NCBI GenBank assembly: GCA_043819555.1
Contig: JBDREQ010000025.1
Location: forward strand, 162,244-226,243
Source: Candidatus Zixiibacteriota bacterium
GTDB lineage: Bacteria > Zixibacteria > MSB-5A5 > GN15 > JAAZOE01
Direction of reading: 5' to 3'
Length of the DNA stretch: 64,000 nt
Positions within the stretch are counted from its first letter, which is position 1. Every line of letters begins with the position of its first letter. The position numbers were made by a program, and so were the translations under genes. The notes below the pieces were generated by a model. That model had not been told where the DNA came from. It saw only the letters and a list, made by a program, of their open reading frames with translations, and ran no database searches. Shown piece by piece: positions 28,274 to 37,847 of the stretch.

Positions 28274-29947
28274 TTGCGTTTGGATAGCCTCACATTAAAT
28301 ATTATCCTGTTTCTGCTTGTAGCGATCCTCTTTGTGTTACTGATTATCAGGCAGAAACAAATGCGCAAACTGAATCCGCTAAAGGATATTGAATCTGTTT
28401 TGGCGGGGATTGCGTCAAGCTTGATTAGCTGTCGCACCGAGGGCAAGATTCAAAGAGTCGCCAGTCAACTTTCCATGATTTTAATCAATCATTTAAAGGC
28501 TACTCAGATTCTTTTTTTCCGCCGCCAAAAAGGCAATATGGAAATGAATTACGTTTATGGATTGAAAAATATTCGTCGCTCCCGCTATCGTATCCAAATT
28601 ACAGATATGCTCCTGAAACAGCTCACTTCCGGGAAAATGGTCTTTAACATTACTGAGCTGGACGGAGATTTAAATAATGATTTGGAAAGCCTGTTGCTGG
28701 ACAAGAAATTCAATTTGGTTTTTCCCATCTTTTGGAATGAAAATTTATTTGGCGTCTATTTCATCAGAACTAATCTCCCGTTTAACCATCCCCTCATACA
28801 TTTATTTTTGCTTTTCTTGAATCAGAACTTATCCATTGCTTATCACTTGACCCGGGTTGAATCGACTCAAAGAATGCTTGAGAGTAAATTGAAAAGCATT
28901 AAAATTCAAGATGACGCAAAAGAAAAAATATTGCCGGATCTTTCCCATGCAAATGATCCCGGACATTTAATTGAAATGTTCAGTCATCGAAAAGTAGATG
29001 ATTTGATGGCCAACATTTTTAAAAAGGTTAAAACTAGCTTAAAGGCGGAGAAATTATTATTCCTCTCCAGACCGTATTCGGGAGTGCCGAATAATTTAAG
29101 ATACTCTATTGGAATGGATCGTGAAGAGTATACAATCGATAGTAAGGACTTCGGCCAGATATTTGGGACCATGCAAAAACGGCAGATTTATGATATCCAA
29201 AAGATGTCTAAAACCAAAAATGAAAATATTCCCACCGATAGAATTTCTCATCTTGGCTTAAATTATATGTCCACTTTTTCTCTGGACGAAAAAGAGCAGG
29301 GATTACTCTTTTGGTCGGGGAAGAACGCAGACAGTCAGTCGGAATATAAAATACTGAACCAGCTTGAGAGAGTTGCTCGTCGGGCCATGAATAATGCCCT
29401 GGAATTTGAAAAATATGAAGAGATGTCATATACCGATAGCCTCACCAATTTATATAATCACCGTTACTTTATAAAGCGTCTCGGTGAGGAAATCCAACGC
29501 GCCAAAAGATTCAATCGCCGCGTCGGACTGTTGCTGTTTGATATTGATGATTTCAAGGTCTATAACGATAATTTCGGTCATCAGTGGGGCGACGAATTAT
29601 TGCGCGGCATGGGAAATACATTATCCCGCTCGCTTCGTTCTATTGATATTGTCTCGCGTTATGGCGGCGATGAATTTTGCATTATAATGCCGGAAACGGA
29701 TAAAATTACCTGCGGGATTTTTATGGATCGCCTTCGCCATGCAATAAGTTCCACCGACTTTAGAGATAAGGCCAATGGTTTTGAAGGGAGAATCACTATT
29801 AGCATCGGTGCCGCAATTTTTCCCGATGATGCCGATAATTCCGATAGATTAATCTATTGCAGCGATATGGCCTTGCTCCATTCCAAAAATTATGGCCGCA
29901 ATCGCAGTACGCTCTTTACTGAAGATTTATTATCCGCGAAAAATTAA
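28274..29947 (+). CDS. Diguanylate cyclase (N-terminal TM, GAF-like region, GGDEF)
   Basis: TDSLTNLYNHRY, DIDDFKVYNDNFGH, RSID I-site then RYGGDEF. TTG start. Upstream TTGACA-N16-TATTCT at 28194-28221. Confidence 0.9.
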   Translation: MRLDSLTLNIILFLLVAILFVLLIIRQKQMRKLNPLKDIESVLAGIASSLISCRTEGKIQRVASQLSMILINHLKATQILFFRRQKGNMEMNYVYGLKNIRRSRYRIQITDMLLKQLTSGKMVFNITELDGDLNNDLESLLLDKKFNLVFPIFWNENLFGVYFIRTNLPFNHPLIHLFLLFLNQNLSIAYHLTRVESTQRMLESKLKSIKIQDDAKEKILPDLSHANDPGHLIEMFSHRKVDDLMANIFKKVKTSLKAEKLLFLSRPYSGVPNNLRYSIGMDREEYTIDSKDFGQIFGTMQKRQIYDIQKMSKTKNENIPTDRISHLGLNYMSTFSLDEKEQGLLFWSGKNADSQSEYKILNQLERVARRAMNNALEFEKYEEMSYTDSLTNLYNHRYFIKRLGEEIQRAKRFNRRVGLLLFDIDDFKVYNDNFGHQWGDELLRGMGNTLSRSLRSIDIVSRYGGDEFCIIMPETDKITCGIFMDRLRHAISSTDFRDKANGFEGRITISIGAAIFPDDADNSDRLIYCSDMALLHSKNYGRNRSTLFTEDLLSAKN

Positions 29948-30125
29948 GCCCCGCTTAGTTATTTCTTTTCATATATATCTGTAAATAAAATTGGGCAAGA
30001 AGGTTAGACTGAATTTGCCTTGACATAAAATATCAAAAGCGGTTACTTATGTAGTTAATTATTGTAAAAATAGGTCGATTTTTAGTATAAGGACGTATAG
30101 TCGGCTCTAATTCAAGGATGGAATA

Positions 30126-31109
30126 ATGTATCAGAGGAAATCGATATTTTTTCTTCTAAGTATAATCTGTGTAATTTGCGTGAATTTCGGACCAATTTTC
30201 GCCAGTGAAGAGTATATTATTGGCCCGGAAGACGTCCTGCAAATCAGCTTTTGGCAGGAACCCACTCTTGATCAGGTTGTCGCGGTACGGCAGGATGGGA
30301 AAATAACTCTTTCGATAATAGGCGAGATTCAGGCGTCCGGGCTGACCAGCAGCGAATTGGCCGCGCAGATCGAGAGGAATGTATCGCTTTATAATCAAAA
30401 AATATCTCAGGCGACGGTGACGGTGACCGGATTTCATTCTCAAAAAGTATTTGTTTCCGGTGAAGCCGGGGCTCCCGGAAAAATGACGTTTGAAGTGATT
30501 CCCGATATTTGGACCGTTATTAGAGAGGCAGGTGGAACAACCGAGTTGGGGGATTTAACGCGCGTCAGTATTATTCGGTCAAATGAAGACGGCGGTGAGA
30601 TGATAATGGTCAATGTTCTGGAAGCTTTGGCTTCCGGCAAGCTGGAGCAGTTGCCGAAACTTAGAAGTGGCGATACCGTCGATATCCCTCGAGCCGCCGG
30701 CGGTCTTCCGGGTCGGCAATTAACCGCAGATTATGGCAAACGCAAAAACCTGTTTTATGTCATTGGCGAAGTGAATCGCCCGGGACAACTTGAATTTGAC
30801 GGTGAGGTCGACATTCTTGACGCCATCGGATTAGCCGGTGGAATAACCGAACGAGCCAATCTCAAGGATGTCCAAATAATAACCAAGAACGGTTCGGGAA
30901 CTTCGGTTATAAAAACAAATCTCAAAAAATACCATAAGGAAGGCAGCCCAAAACGAATAACTATCAAGCGCGAAGATACGATAGTTATCGGTCAAAAAGG
31001 CCGTCCATGGATTAGTTGGGATAACTTACGGGATATTGCCACGGTTACGACATCAATTGTTACTTTGTACCTTTTAATTGATAGAACCAGAAGTGATACG
31101 ACACGCTGA
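30126..31109 (+). CDS. Polysaccharide export protein (Wza/OPX; Poly_export plus SLBB domains)
   Basis: YIIGPEDVLQI, VRQDGKITL, GEVNRPG, AIGLAGG, and a C-terminal amphipathic helix. Confidence 0.85.
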   Translation: MYQRKSIFFLLSIICVICVNFGPIFASEEYIIGPEDVLQISFWQEPTLDQVVAVRQDGKITLSIIGEIQASGLTSSELAAQIERNVSLYNQKISQATVTVTGFHSQKVFVSGEAGAPGKMTFEVIPDIWTVIREAGGTTELGDLTRVSIIRSNEDGGEMIMVNVLEALASGKLEQLPKLRSGDTVDIPRAAGGLPGRQLTADYGKRKNLFYVIGEVNRPGQLEFDGEVDILDAIGLAGGITERANLKDVQIITKNGSGTSVIKTNLKKYHKEGSPKRITIKREDTIVIGQKGRPWISWDNLRDIATVTTSIVTLYLLIDRTRSDTTR

Positions 31110-31156
31110 TGCTGTGGTTATATTGAAAACTATTAGATTAAATTAGGAATCACGAT

Positions 31157-32284
31157 ATGGAAGGACGCCAATTTAAAAGTAAGGTCGCAATTGACGACCG
31201 GGAATTTTTGGTTCAGACTGTTAATGATGAGGAAAAAAACGAGGTCGTATCCTCATTGTACGTTGACGGCAAAATGATTGAAACTTCGAAATTCCCGCAT
31301 CCGGAAAATAAAACGGTTGAAGATTTGGAATACCTTGTCAAAAGCGCTCATGAAGAAAAGAAAACGGAGATAGAACATCTTTTGGCCACCTACGGCAAAG
31401 TTGTTGGTTCCGATGATCCGGATTTGATGTTCAATGTTGGTACCGCGTTTTATTGCAAAGGGCTATATGATGAGGCGCGAACCCTATTCGAGTCTGTCAT
31501 AGCGTGCAAACCCGGCCATTTTCAAGCCGGTAATTATTACGGTCTGACTTTGATGGCTTTGGGGCAGTTTGAGAAAGCCGCCAAGGCTCTGGGAAGAGCT
31601 ATTGAATTGAAGCCCGAATTCGCTGACTTTCATAATAATTATGGTGAAGCGCTATTAGAAAGCGGATCGTTTAAGCGAGCCATTGAAGAATTCGAAACCG
31701 CTCTGAAAATAAATCTTTATTACGCTGAGGCTTATTTCAATCTCGGCATCGCGTTTTTATCCAATGCCGTGAATCATGAGAAACATGAATTCTATGAGAA
31801 TATGCTGAATAATATAAAAGATAGCCTCAATCGGGCGATGATGATTTCCCCCGCGTTTAAAACCAGTCGTTGCGAGGAAGCCCTGAGTTTGATTGAAACC
31901 GGCGAGTACGCTCAGGCATTAGTTTTGCTTAAAGCCGTTAGGAATATAAAAAAGGAAAAAAGCCGACAGGAATTTTCCAGTTATTATCTCAGATTTTTGC
32001 TTTTTTCGGAAAAAGTTAATGAACGGGCGGTCTTAGATCGCATTCAATACCTGACATCAATCCTGGAGAAGAATCCTAATTATTCCGACCTGCATCACGA
32101 ACTGGCTTTATGTCATTTACAACAGGCTCAGATTAGCTGGAATAAAGGGGCTGAACATTTTAGAGAAGCGTTGAATTTAAACCCGCATCTGACCAAATCG
32201 GAGAAAAGTCAGGATCGCGCTGAATTATTTGCGGAGCAATTGAAAGAAACGCTGATTGATATAGCCCGTTTCGAAAACGAATAG
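31157..32284 (+). CDS. Cytoplasmic tetratricopeptide-repeat protein
   Basis: Multiple TPRs (AIELKPEFADFHNNYGEAL, ALKINLYYAEAYFNLGIA, NPNYSDLHHELAL). No signal peptide seen. Confidence 0.8.
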   Translation: MEGRQFKSKVAIDDREFLVQTVNDEEKNEVVSSLYVDGKMIETSKFPHPENKTVEDLEYLVKSAHEEKKTEIEHLLATYGKVVGSDDPDLMFNVGTAFYCKGLYDEARTLFESVIACKPGHFQAGNYYGLTLMALGQFEKAAKALGRAIELKPEFADFHNNYGEALLESGSFKRAIEEFETALKINLYYAEAYFNLGIAFLSNAVNHEKHEFYENMLNNIKDSLNRAMMISPAFKTSRCEEALSLIETGEYAQALVLLKAVRNIKKEKSRQEFSSYYLRFLLFSEKVNERAVLDRIQYLTSILEKNPNYSDLHHELALCHLQQAQISWNKGAEHFREALNLNPHLTKSEKSQDRAELFAEQLKETLIDIARFENE

Positions 32285-32298
32285 AAACGTACAATAGC

Positions 32299-33006
32299 AT
32301 GGCCAAAAAAACAAATATAGACCTATTTGAATATTTCGATGCTGAATCGCCTTACGCTACCGAATTCAGGCGTCTTTTGCATAATCTTAATGGAACTTTA
32401 TCCGGTGATAAAACAAAGATAATTCTTATTACTTCTTCGATGCTTGCCGAAGGAAAATCCACAATTGCCGCCTTTTTGGCGATGACCGCGGCGGGCAAGA
32501 AAAAAAGAAAAACTCTGCTGGTTGATTGTGATTTGCGGCGCCCGACTTTACATCGTCTGTTTGATCTTCCTCGCGAGGGGGGGGTGGTCGAAGCTCTCAG
32601 CGAAAAGAAAGCGCTGAAGGATGTTATTAGGAAAACTGCCAACGATTATCTTGATATAATTACGGCCGGTAAAACCGTCGCCAATCCGACCGATGTCTTT
32701 GACTCGGAGGCGATTCATAATCTCCTAAATGAGGGTCGATTCTATTACGATTTGATTCTTCTTGATTGCGCTCCGATTTTGCCAGTCTCTGATCCTATGC
32801 TTTTGGCTCCTTTGATGGACGGTATCATAATGGTCGTAAAGGCTGGAAGTACTCAGCGCGAGGTGGCTGAAAGAGCGGCCCGGCTTTTGCAGAATAACAG
32901 TTCCAATTTCATCGGTATAGTCATGAACAATCTGGAGAATGCCCTGCCATTTTATTACAATGAGTCGTATTATGGTTATGAGTATAAACAATCTTCCGAT
33001 GATTAA
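32299..33006 (+). CDS. CpsD/CapB-family bacterial tyrosine kinase (stand-alone cytoplasmic domain)
   Basis: ITSSMLAEGKST (Walker A), LVDCDLRRP, ILLDCAP, C-terminal Tyr cluster FYYNESYYGYEY. Confidence 0.9.
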   Translation: MAKKTNIDLFEYFDAESPYATEFRRLLHNLNGTLSGDKTKIILITSSMLAEGKSTIAAFLAMTAAGKKKRKTLLVDCDLRRPTLHRLFDLPREGGVVEALSEKKALKDVIRKTANDYLDIITAGKTVANPTDVFDSEAIHNLLNEGRFYYDLILLDCAPILPVSDPMLLAPLMDGIIMVVKAGSTQREVAERAARLLQNNSSNFIGIVMNNLENALPFYYNESYYGYEYKQSSDD

Positions 33007-33011
33007 TCCCC

Positions 33012-33866
33012 ATGAAGAATATTTTAACCGTTGATCTGGAAGATTGGTTTTCCGTCGAAACCCTTCAACATGCAGTCAGTCGAGATAAATGGCCGGAACT
33101 TGAATCTTCGCTTATCCAAAACACCGATGCTATATTGAATCTCTTCTATGAAAAAAGGCTAAGAGCGACTTTTTTTGTTTTGGGATGGATCGCCGATAAA
33201 TATCCGGCCTTAATCGCTGATGTCGCCGCCGCCGGGCATGAAATCGCCTGCCATAGTTATTATCATCGCATGGTATCGTCACTGAATCCCGAAGAATTCA
33301 AAAAGGATACCGAAATGGCCATAAACGCGATTGTTAAATCATGCGGCGTTATACCTTCGGGATACCGGTCTCCCAGCTGGGGTATGAAACACGATATGAA
33401 ATGGGCCTTTGAAATCCTCGGCGAATTGGGTTTTGAGTATGACTCATCTATTTTTCCCATTTATCATGATATCTATGGGGATCCCAAAGCCCCGCGGCTC
33501 AGTTTTGAAATAAAACTGAAATCGGGCAGAAATATTATGGAAATACCGGCATCGACATTGAAATTTATGGGAGCCAGGGTGCCAATCGGAGGCGGTGGAT
33601 GGCTGAGACATTTTCCTTATTGGTTTACACGGTGGGGAATTCAATCGTTGAATAAGCAAAACATCCCGGCGATTATCTATTTCCACCCATGGGAACTTGA
33701 CGAGAATGTCCCCCGCATAAAAATGAGCTCTAAGAATATGATCCGCCAATATGGAAATCTGAAAATGGTAAAGGTTAAATTGGCGAAATTATTAGATGAT
33801 TTCGATTTCCAAACAATGAGCGAATTCTTTTATGAATATCACGAAAACGCAAATAACTTAGTTTAA
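33012..33866 (+). CDS. Polysaccharide deacetylase (DUF3473/XrtA-system type)
   Basis: LTVDLEDWF, ATFFVLGW, HEIACHSYYH, YDSSIFP, GGGGWLR, YFHPWELD. Confidence 0.87.
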   Translation: MKNILTVDLEDWFSVETLQHAVSRDKWPELESSLIQNTDAILNLFYEKRLRATFFVLGWIADKYPALIADVAAAGHEIACHSYYHRMVSSLNPEEFKKDTEMAINAIVKSCGVIPSGYRSPSWGMKHDMKWAFEILGELGFEYDSSIFPIYHDIYGDPKAPRLSFEIKLKSGRNIMEIPASTLKFMGARVPIGGGGWLRHFPYWFTRWGIQSLNKQNIPAIIYFHPWELDENVPRIKMSSKNMIRQYGNLKMVKVKLAKLLDDFDFQTMSEFFYEYHENANNLV

Positions 33867-33896
33867 ATATTGCTCAAAATCTCGGATATTGAATAA

Positions 33897-35210
33897 ATGA
33901 ATAACTTATATCGATCATGGGGCGGATACCCAATTACAGAGCAGGAAGCGTGGCCGATTCTTCAACGCCAGGATAATATTCTGTTTGAAAAAATATCTCC
34001 GACCGGTTTACCATATGGCATGGGGCGCAGTTATGGAGATGTCTGTCTCAATCATGGGGGAAATCTGATTCTAACCCGAACCCTGAATCACTTCATATCA
34101 TTTGACGCCGGAAAGGGCTTGTTGCGCTGCGAATCGGGAGTCAACCTTGATGAAATTCTGGAATTAATTGTTCCCCGAGGGTGGTTTTTACCAGTAACGC
34201 CGGGCACAAAGTATGTTACCATTGGAGGCGCTATTGCCAACGACGTCCACGGCAAAAACCATCACATTGCGGGTTCCTTCGGGTGTTTCGTCACACAATT
34301 CGAATTACTGAGATCAGATGGCAACCGCCTGTTATGTTCAATTTCTGAAAACGAAGATTTCTTTAAAGCCACAATTGGCGGTATGGGCTTAACCGGCCTT
34401 ATTACCTGGGCAGAAATTAAGCTGATTCCCATCATTAATAATCGAATCGCTCAAAAGACTGTTAAGTTTAAAAAACTTGATGATTTTTTTGAATTATCGG
34501 ATTGTTTGGCCCCAAATTACAATTATACCGTGGCCTGGATAGATTGCCTCGCCTCGGGAAAATCTCTTGGTCGGGGATTATTTATGGCCGGAAATCATGC
34601 CCCGGTTAAAGATGGCATTAATCTAACATATCCTCAAAATCAAAAATCTTTTTCCGTTCCGTTTGATTTTCCTGATTTTGCCCTAAATAATTTTACGATA
34701 AAAATGTTTAACAATTTATTTTACCATAAGCAACGCCACCGGGGAAAAGATAGTCTATCCAGTTTTGATGCGTTTTTTTATCCGCTGGACGGAATCAATG
34801 ACTGGAATAGGGTTTACGGCAAACTCGGATTGGTGCAATATCAATGTCTTGTACCAAAGGATGATACCGATGTCATTAGGAATATATTGAAAACCATTTC
34901 GGATTCCGGAGAGGGTTCGTTTCTTGCGGTCCTTAAAGTAATGGGAGATATTCCATCAATAGGCATGATGTCATTTCCGCGACCGGGTATTACGCTTGCG
35001 CTGGATTTTCCGGTCAAGGAATCCGTATTCAGGCTGTTTAAACAGCTTGATGATATTGTTCGGAAAGCGGCAGGACGATTATATCCTGCCAAAGACGCCT
35101 GCATGACGGGGACAGATTTTAGATTGTATTATCCGGCATGGGAAAAATTCGCGAAATTTATCGACCCTCGATTTTCCTCGAGTTTCTGGCGAAGAGTTTC
35201 GGATAAATAA
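33897..35210 (+). CDS. FAD-linked oxidase, DprE1-like (polyprenylphosphoryl-ribose 2'-oxidase)
   Basis: GMGRSYGD, PVTPGTKYVTIGGAIANDVHGKNHH, WNRVYG, TLALDFP, LYPAKD. Confidence 0.8.
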   Translation: MNNLYRSWGGYPITEQEAWPILQRQDNILFEKISPTGLPYGMGRSYGDVCLNHGGNLILTRTLNHFISFDAGKGLLRCESGVNLDEILELIVPRGWFLPVTPGTKYVTIGGAIANDVHGKNHHIAGSFGCFVTQFELLRSDGNRLLCSISENEDFFKATIGGMGLTGLITWAEIKLIPIINNRIAQKTVKFKKLDDFFELSDCLAPNYNYTVAWIDCLASGKSLGRGLFMAGNHAPVKDGINLTYPQNQKSFSVPFDFPDFALNNFTIKMFNNLFYHKQRHRGKDSLSSFDAFFYPLDGINDWNRVYGKLGLVQYQCLVPKDDTDVIRNILKTISDSGEGSFLAVLKVMGDIPSIGMMSFPRPGITLALDFPVKESVFRLFKQLDDIVRKAAGRLYPAKDACMTGTDFRLYYPAWEKFAKFIDPRFSSSFWRRVSDK

Positions 35211-35222
35211 AGGACGATTTCA

Positions 35223-35960
35223 ATGAGCAATATTTTGATTATAGGCGCGACTTCAGCTATCGCGCAGGCAACCGTTAGGCTTTATGCCAGGCCTGAAAAT
35301 AATATTTTTCTGGTTGCCCTTGAAAATGATTTACTTCGCACGGTCGCCGATGACCTGTCGGTCAGGGGTGCGGGCGCTGTTGAGTACAGAACGCTGGATG
35401 TCCTGGACTATGATAAGCATGACGAGGTCATCAATGAAGTGTGGGAGAAAATGGGCGAAGTAGATATTGTGTTGATCGCTCACGGCGTTTTGGGAAAACA
35501 ATCCGAAGATGAAAACGATTTCAAGAAAACCGAATTTGTTTTGAATATCAATTTTATGAGCTGTGTTTCTCTACTGACGATTATGGCAGGGAAATTTGAA
35601 AAACAAGGCAAGGGCTCAATCGCGGTTATCTCCTCGGTGGCGGGTGACAGAGGCAGAAAAAACAATTATGTTTATGGAGCATCAAAAGGTGGTCTGTCAA
35701 TATTTCTTGACGGTTTGCGGGCAAGATTAGCGCAATCTAATGTCAATGTAATTACCATCAAGCCCGGCTTCGTTGATACGCCGATGACCCAGGAATTTGA
35801 AAAAGGGCTGCTCTGGAGCAAGCCCGAAACGATTGCGAAATGCATAAAGGCGGCGATTGACAAAGGAAAAAGCATTGCCTATGTGCCGAAATTTTGGTAT
35901 TTAATAATGTTTATTATCAGGCACATACCCGAGAAGATTTTTAAGAGATTGAATTTTTAA
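35223..35960 (+). CDS. SDR oxidoreductase, DprE2-like
   Basis: GATSAIA, SSVAGDRGRKNNYVYGASK, KPGFVDTPMT. Directly follows the DprE1-like gene. Confidence 0.8.
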   Translation: MSNILIIGATSAIAQATVRLYARPENNIFLVALENDLLRTVADDLSVRGAGAVEYRTLDVLDYDKHDEVINEVWEKMGEVDIVLIAHGVLGKQSEDENDFKKTEFVLNINFMSCVSLLTIMAGKFEKQGKGSIAVISSVAGDRGRKNNYVYGASKGGLSIFLDGLRARLAQSNVNVITIKPGFVDTPMTQEFEKGLLWSKPETIAKCIKAAIDKGKSIAYVPKFWYLIMFIIRHIPEKIFKRLNF

Positions 35961-35978
35961 TGCACCGAATGTTTAAGC

Positions 35979-36006
35979 GCAACTTTTATCGGCGCAGGAC
36001 GTCAAA
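35979..36006 (+). promoter_or_regulatory. Putative ECF-sigma promoter
   Basis: GCAAC-N16-CGTCAAA ending a few nt before the ATG at 36013. No SD. Confidence 0.55.
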
Positions 36007-36012
36007 ATTAAT

Positions 36013-36957
36013 ATGACTATCGCAGGAAAAGCAATATCCATTAACGAACTATCCAAATGCTATAAGGGCGGCTTGCGAGGCCAGGAAGTTTTAGCCTTGT
36101 CCGGCGTCAGTTTTGATGTAGAAGCAGGGCAGATTTTCGGGCTTCTGGGACCCAACGGAGCCGGCAAAACGACAATGGTCAAAGTTCTTCTCGGCGCCCT
36201 GAATCCGACCAGCGGCACCGCAACCGTTAACGGGCTGCCAATTATTGATTCTGCGGCCCGCTCTAAAATTGGATTCCTGCCGGAAAATCATAGATTCCCG
36301 GCGTATCTAACCGGACTCCAAATGCTAAAGGTTTTCGGAGGAATGGCCGGTCTTTCATCTAATGTGATTAAAACAAGATCACTGGTGCTTCTTGAACTGG
36401 TCGGCATGTCGCGCTGGGGAAATACTCGGATTAAGATATACTCCAAAGGAATGATGCAAAGGCTGGGTTTGGCGCAAGCGCTGCTTAACGATCCCGATAT
36501 CTTATTTCTCGATGAACCGACCGACGGCGTTGACCCTATCGGCAGGCGTGAAATTCGCGATATCCTTCATGAACAAAAAGCAAAAGGTAAAACCATATTC
36601 TTAAATTCTCACCTGCTTGCTGAAGTGGAATCGGTGTGCGATAATGTAGCGATTCTGGACAAAGGCAAACTTGTCGCATCCGGGCCGATCAGTGAACTTA
36701 TAAAAAAACGTCCTCAGTATAAAATCGAAACGATGAATCTTTCACATGAAGTATCAGAAATAATTAAAACCAAATTCCCGAACGCACATCTCAAAGAAAA
36801 CTCGATAATTATCGAACTTGAAGAACCACGAATGATAAATTCATTAATCGATTTATTGAGACAATTCAGAGTTGAAATTGTTTCTGTCACTCCGCAAAAA
36901 GTATCCCTCGAGGACAGCTTTATGCGGCTAATTTCCCGGGAAGATCGCAATGCTTAA
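36013..36957 (+). CDS. ABC transporter ATP-binding protein (ABC-2 export type)
   Basis: GPNGAGKTT, YSKGMMQR, LFLDEPT, LNSH. Confidence 0.93.
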   Translation: MTIAGKAISINELSKCYKGGLRGQEVLALSGVSFDVEAGQIFGLLGPNGAGKTTMVKVLLGALNPTSGTATVNGLPIIDSAARSKIGFLPENHRFPAYLTGLQMLKVFGGMAGLSSNVIKTRSLVLLELVGMSRWGNTRIKIYSKGMMQRLGLAQALLNDPDILFLDEPTDGVDPIGRREIRDILHEQKAKGKTIFLNSHLLAEVESVCDNVAILDKGKLVASGPISELIKKRPQYKIETMNLSHEVSEIIKTKFPNAHLKENSIIIELEEPRMINSLIDLLRQFRVEIVSVTPQKVSLEDSFMRLISREDRNA

Positions 36958-37747
36958 GTTTCGGGCAATATTGTATGATTCATTCCTCGAGATAAAAGTT
37001 CGCAAAATATTCTATCTTTATTGGATTGTGGCTCTGATAAATATTCTTATAATCACTTTTCTCCCAGATCTGAATATTAACGGCACCAACATTATGGAAT
37101 CGGAAATAATTCCCCCCGAATTCCTCAATGAAGCCCTCAGCCATTATTTTGGAAACTTCTTTGGTTTTTTCATGATGCTCATGGTCTTTGGCGCCGCGGG
37201 GCTTTTGCCCTCATTTCTTTCCAGGGGACGGGTAGAGCTGGCCTTATCCAAACCGACAAATCGGTATAATCTATTATTCATGAAATTTTTCTCGATTTAT
37301 CTTATCCATATTATCGTACTGGCCATAGTGTCAATTGTTATCTTGCTGACAATTATTATTCGCATCGGGACTTATCCCGGTGGTTTTTTCTATGGTTTGC
37401 TCTATGCCGCAATTCAATTCTTGATTATCTATAGCATCGTATATTTTCTCGGACTATGGTCGAATTCAGCCGGAATAGCGATCATGGGATATTTTATGAT
37501 ATACTTTGCCGGCAGTTTATTGTCCTCCCGGGAAGCGATTTATTCTTTTCTTAACAGCCAGGCCTGGAAAAACATTTTAGATACAACATACCATATATTG
37601 GCAAAAATTTCTGAGATATCCGACAATTATGTCCCTATTATATCTCAGAATGGGCGAATTGATTATTATCCCATCTGGTCATCCTTGCTCTTTGGGGCAT
37701 TGCTGTTATTAATCGGTTTTCTTATTTTCAAACGCCGTGATTATTGA
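36950..37747 (+). CDS. ABC-2 type permease
   Basis: About 6 hydrophobic segments, LALSKPTNR, C-terminal FKRRDY. Overlaps the ATPase gene. Confidence 0.85.
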   Translation: MLKFRAILYDSFLEIKVRKIFYLYWIVALINILIITFLPDLNINGTNIMESEIIPPEFLNEALSHYFGNFFGFFMMLMVFGAAGLLPSFLSRGRVELALSKPTNRYNLLFMKFFSIYLIHIIVLAIVSIVILLTIIIRIGTYPGGFFYGLLYAAIQFLIIYSIVYFLGLWSNSAGIAIMGYFMIYFAGSLLSSREAIYSFLNSQAWKNILDTTYHILAKISEISDNYVPIISQNGRIDYYPIWSSLLFGALLLLIGFLIFKRRDY

Positions 37748-37847
37748 TGTTTTTATTTCTTTGAAACAGAACCTTCACTTGATAATTTATTCCTTGACGC
37801 ATATATTCCATGATTATTATTAATTTTTGATCTAAAGGAGAATATTT

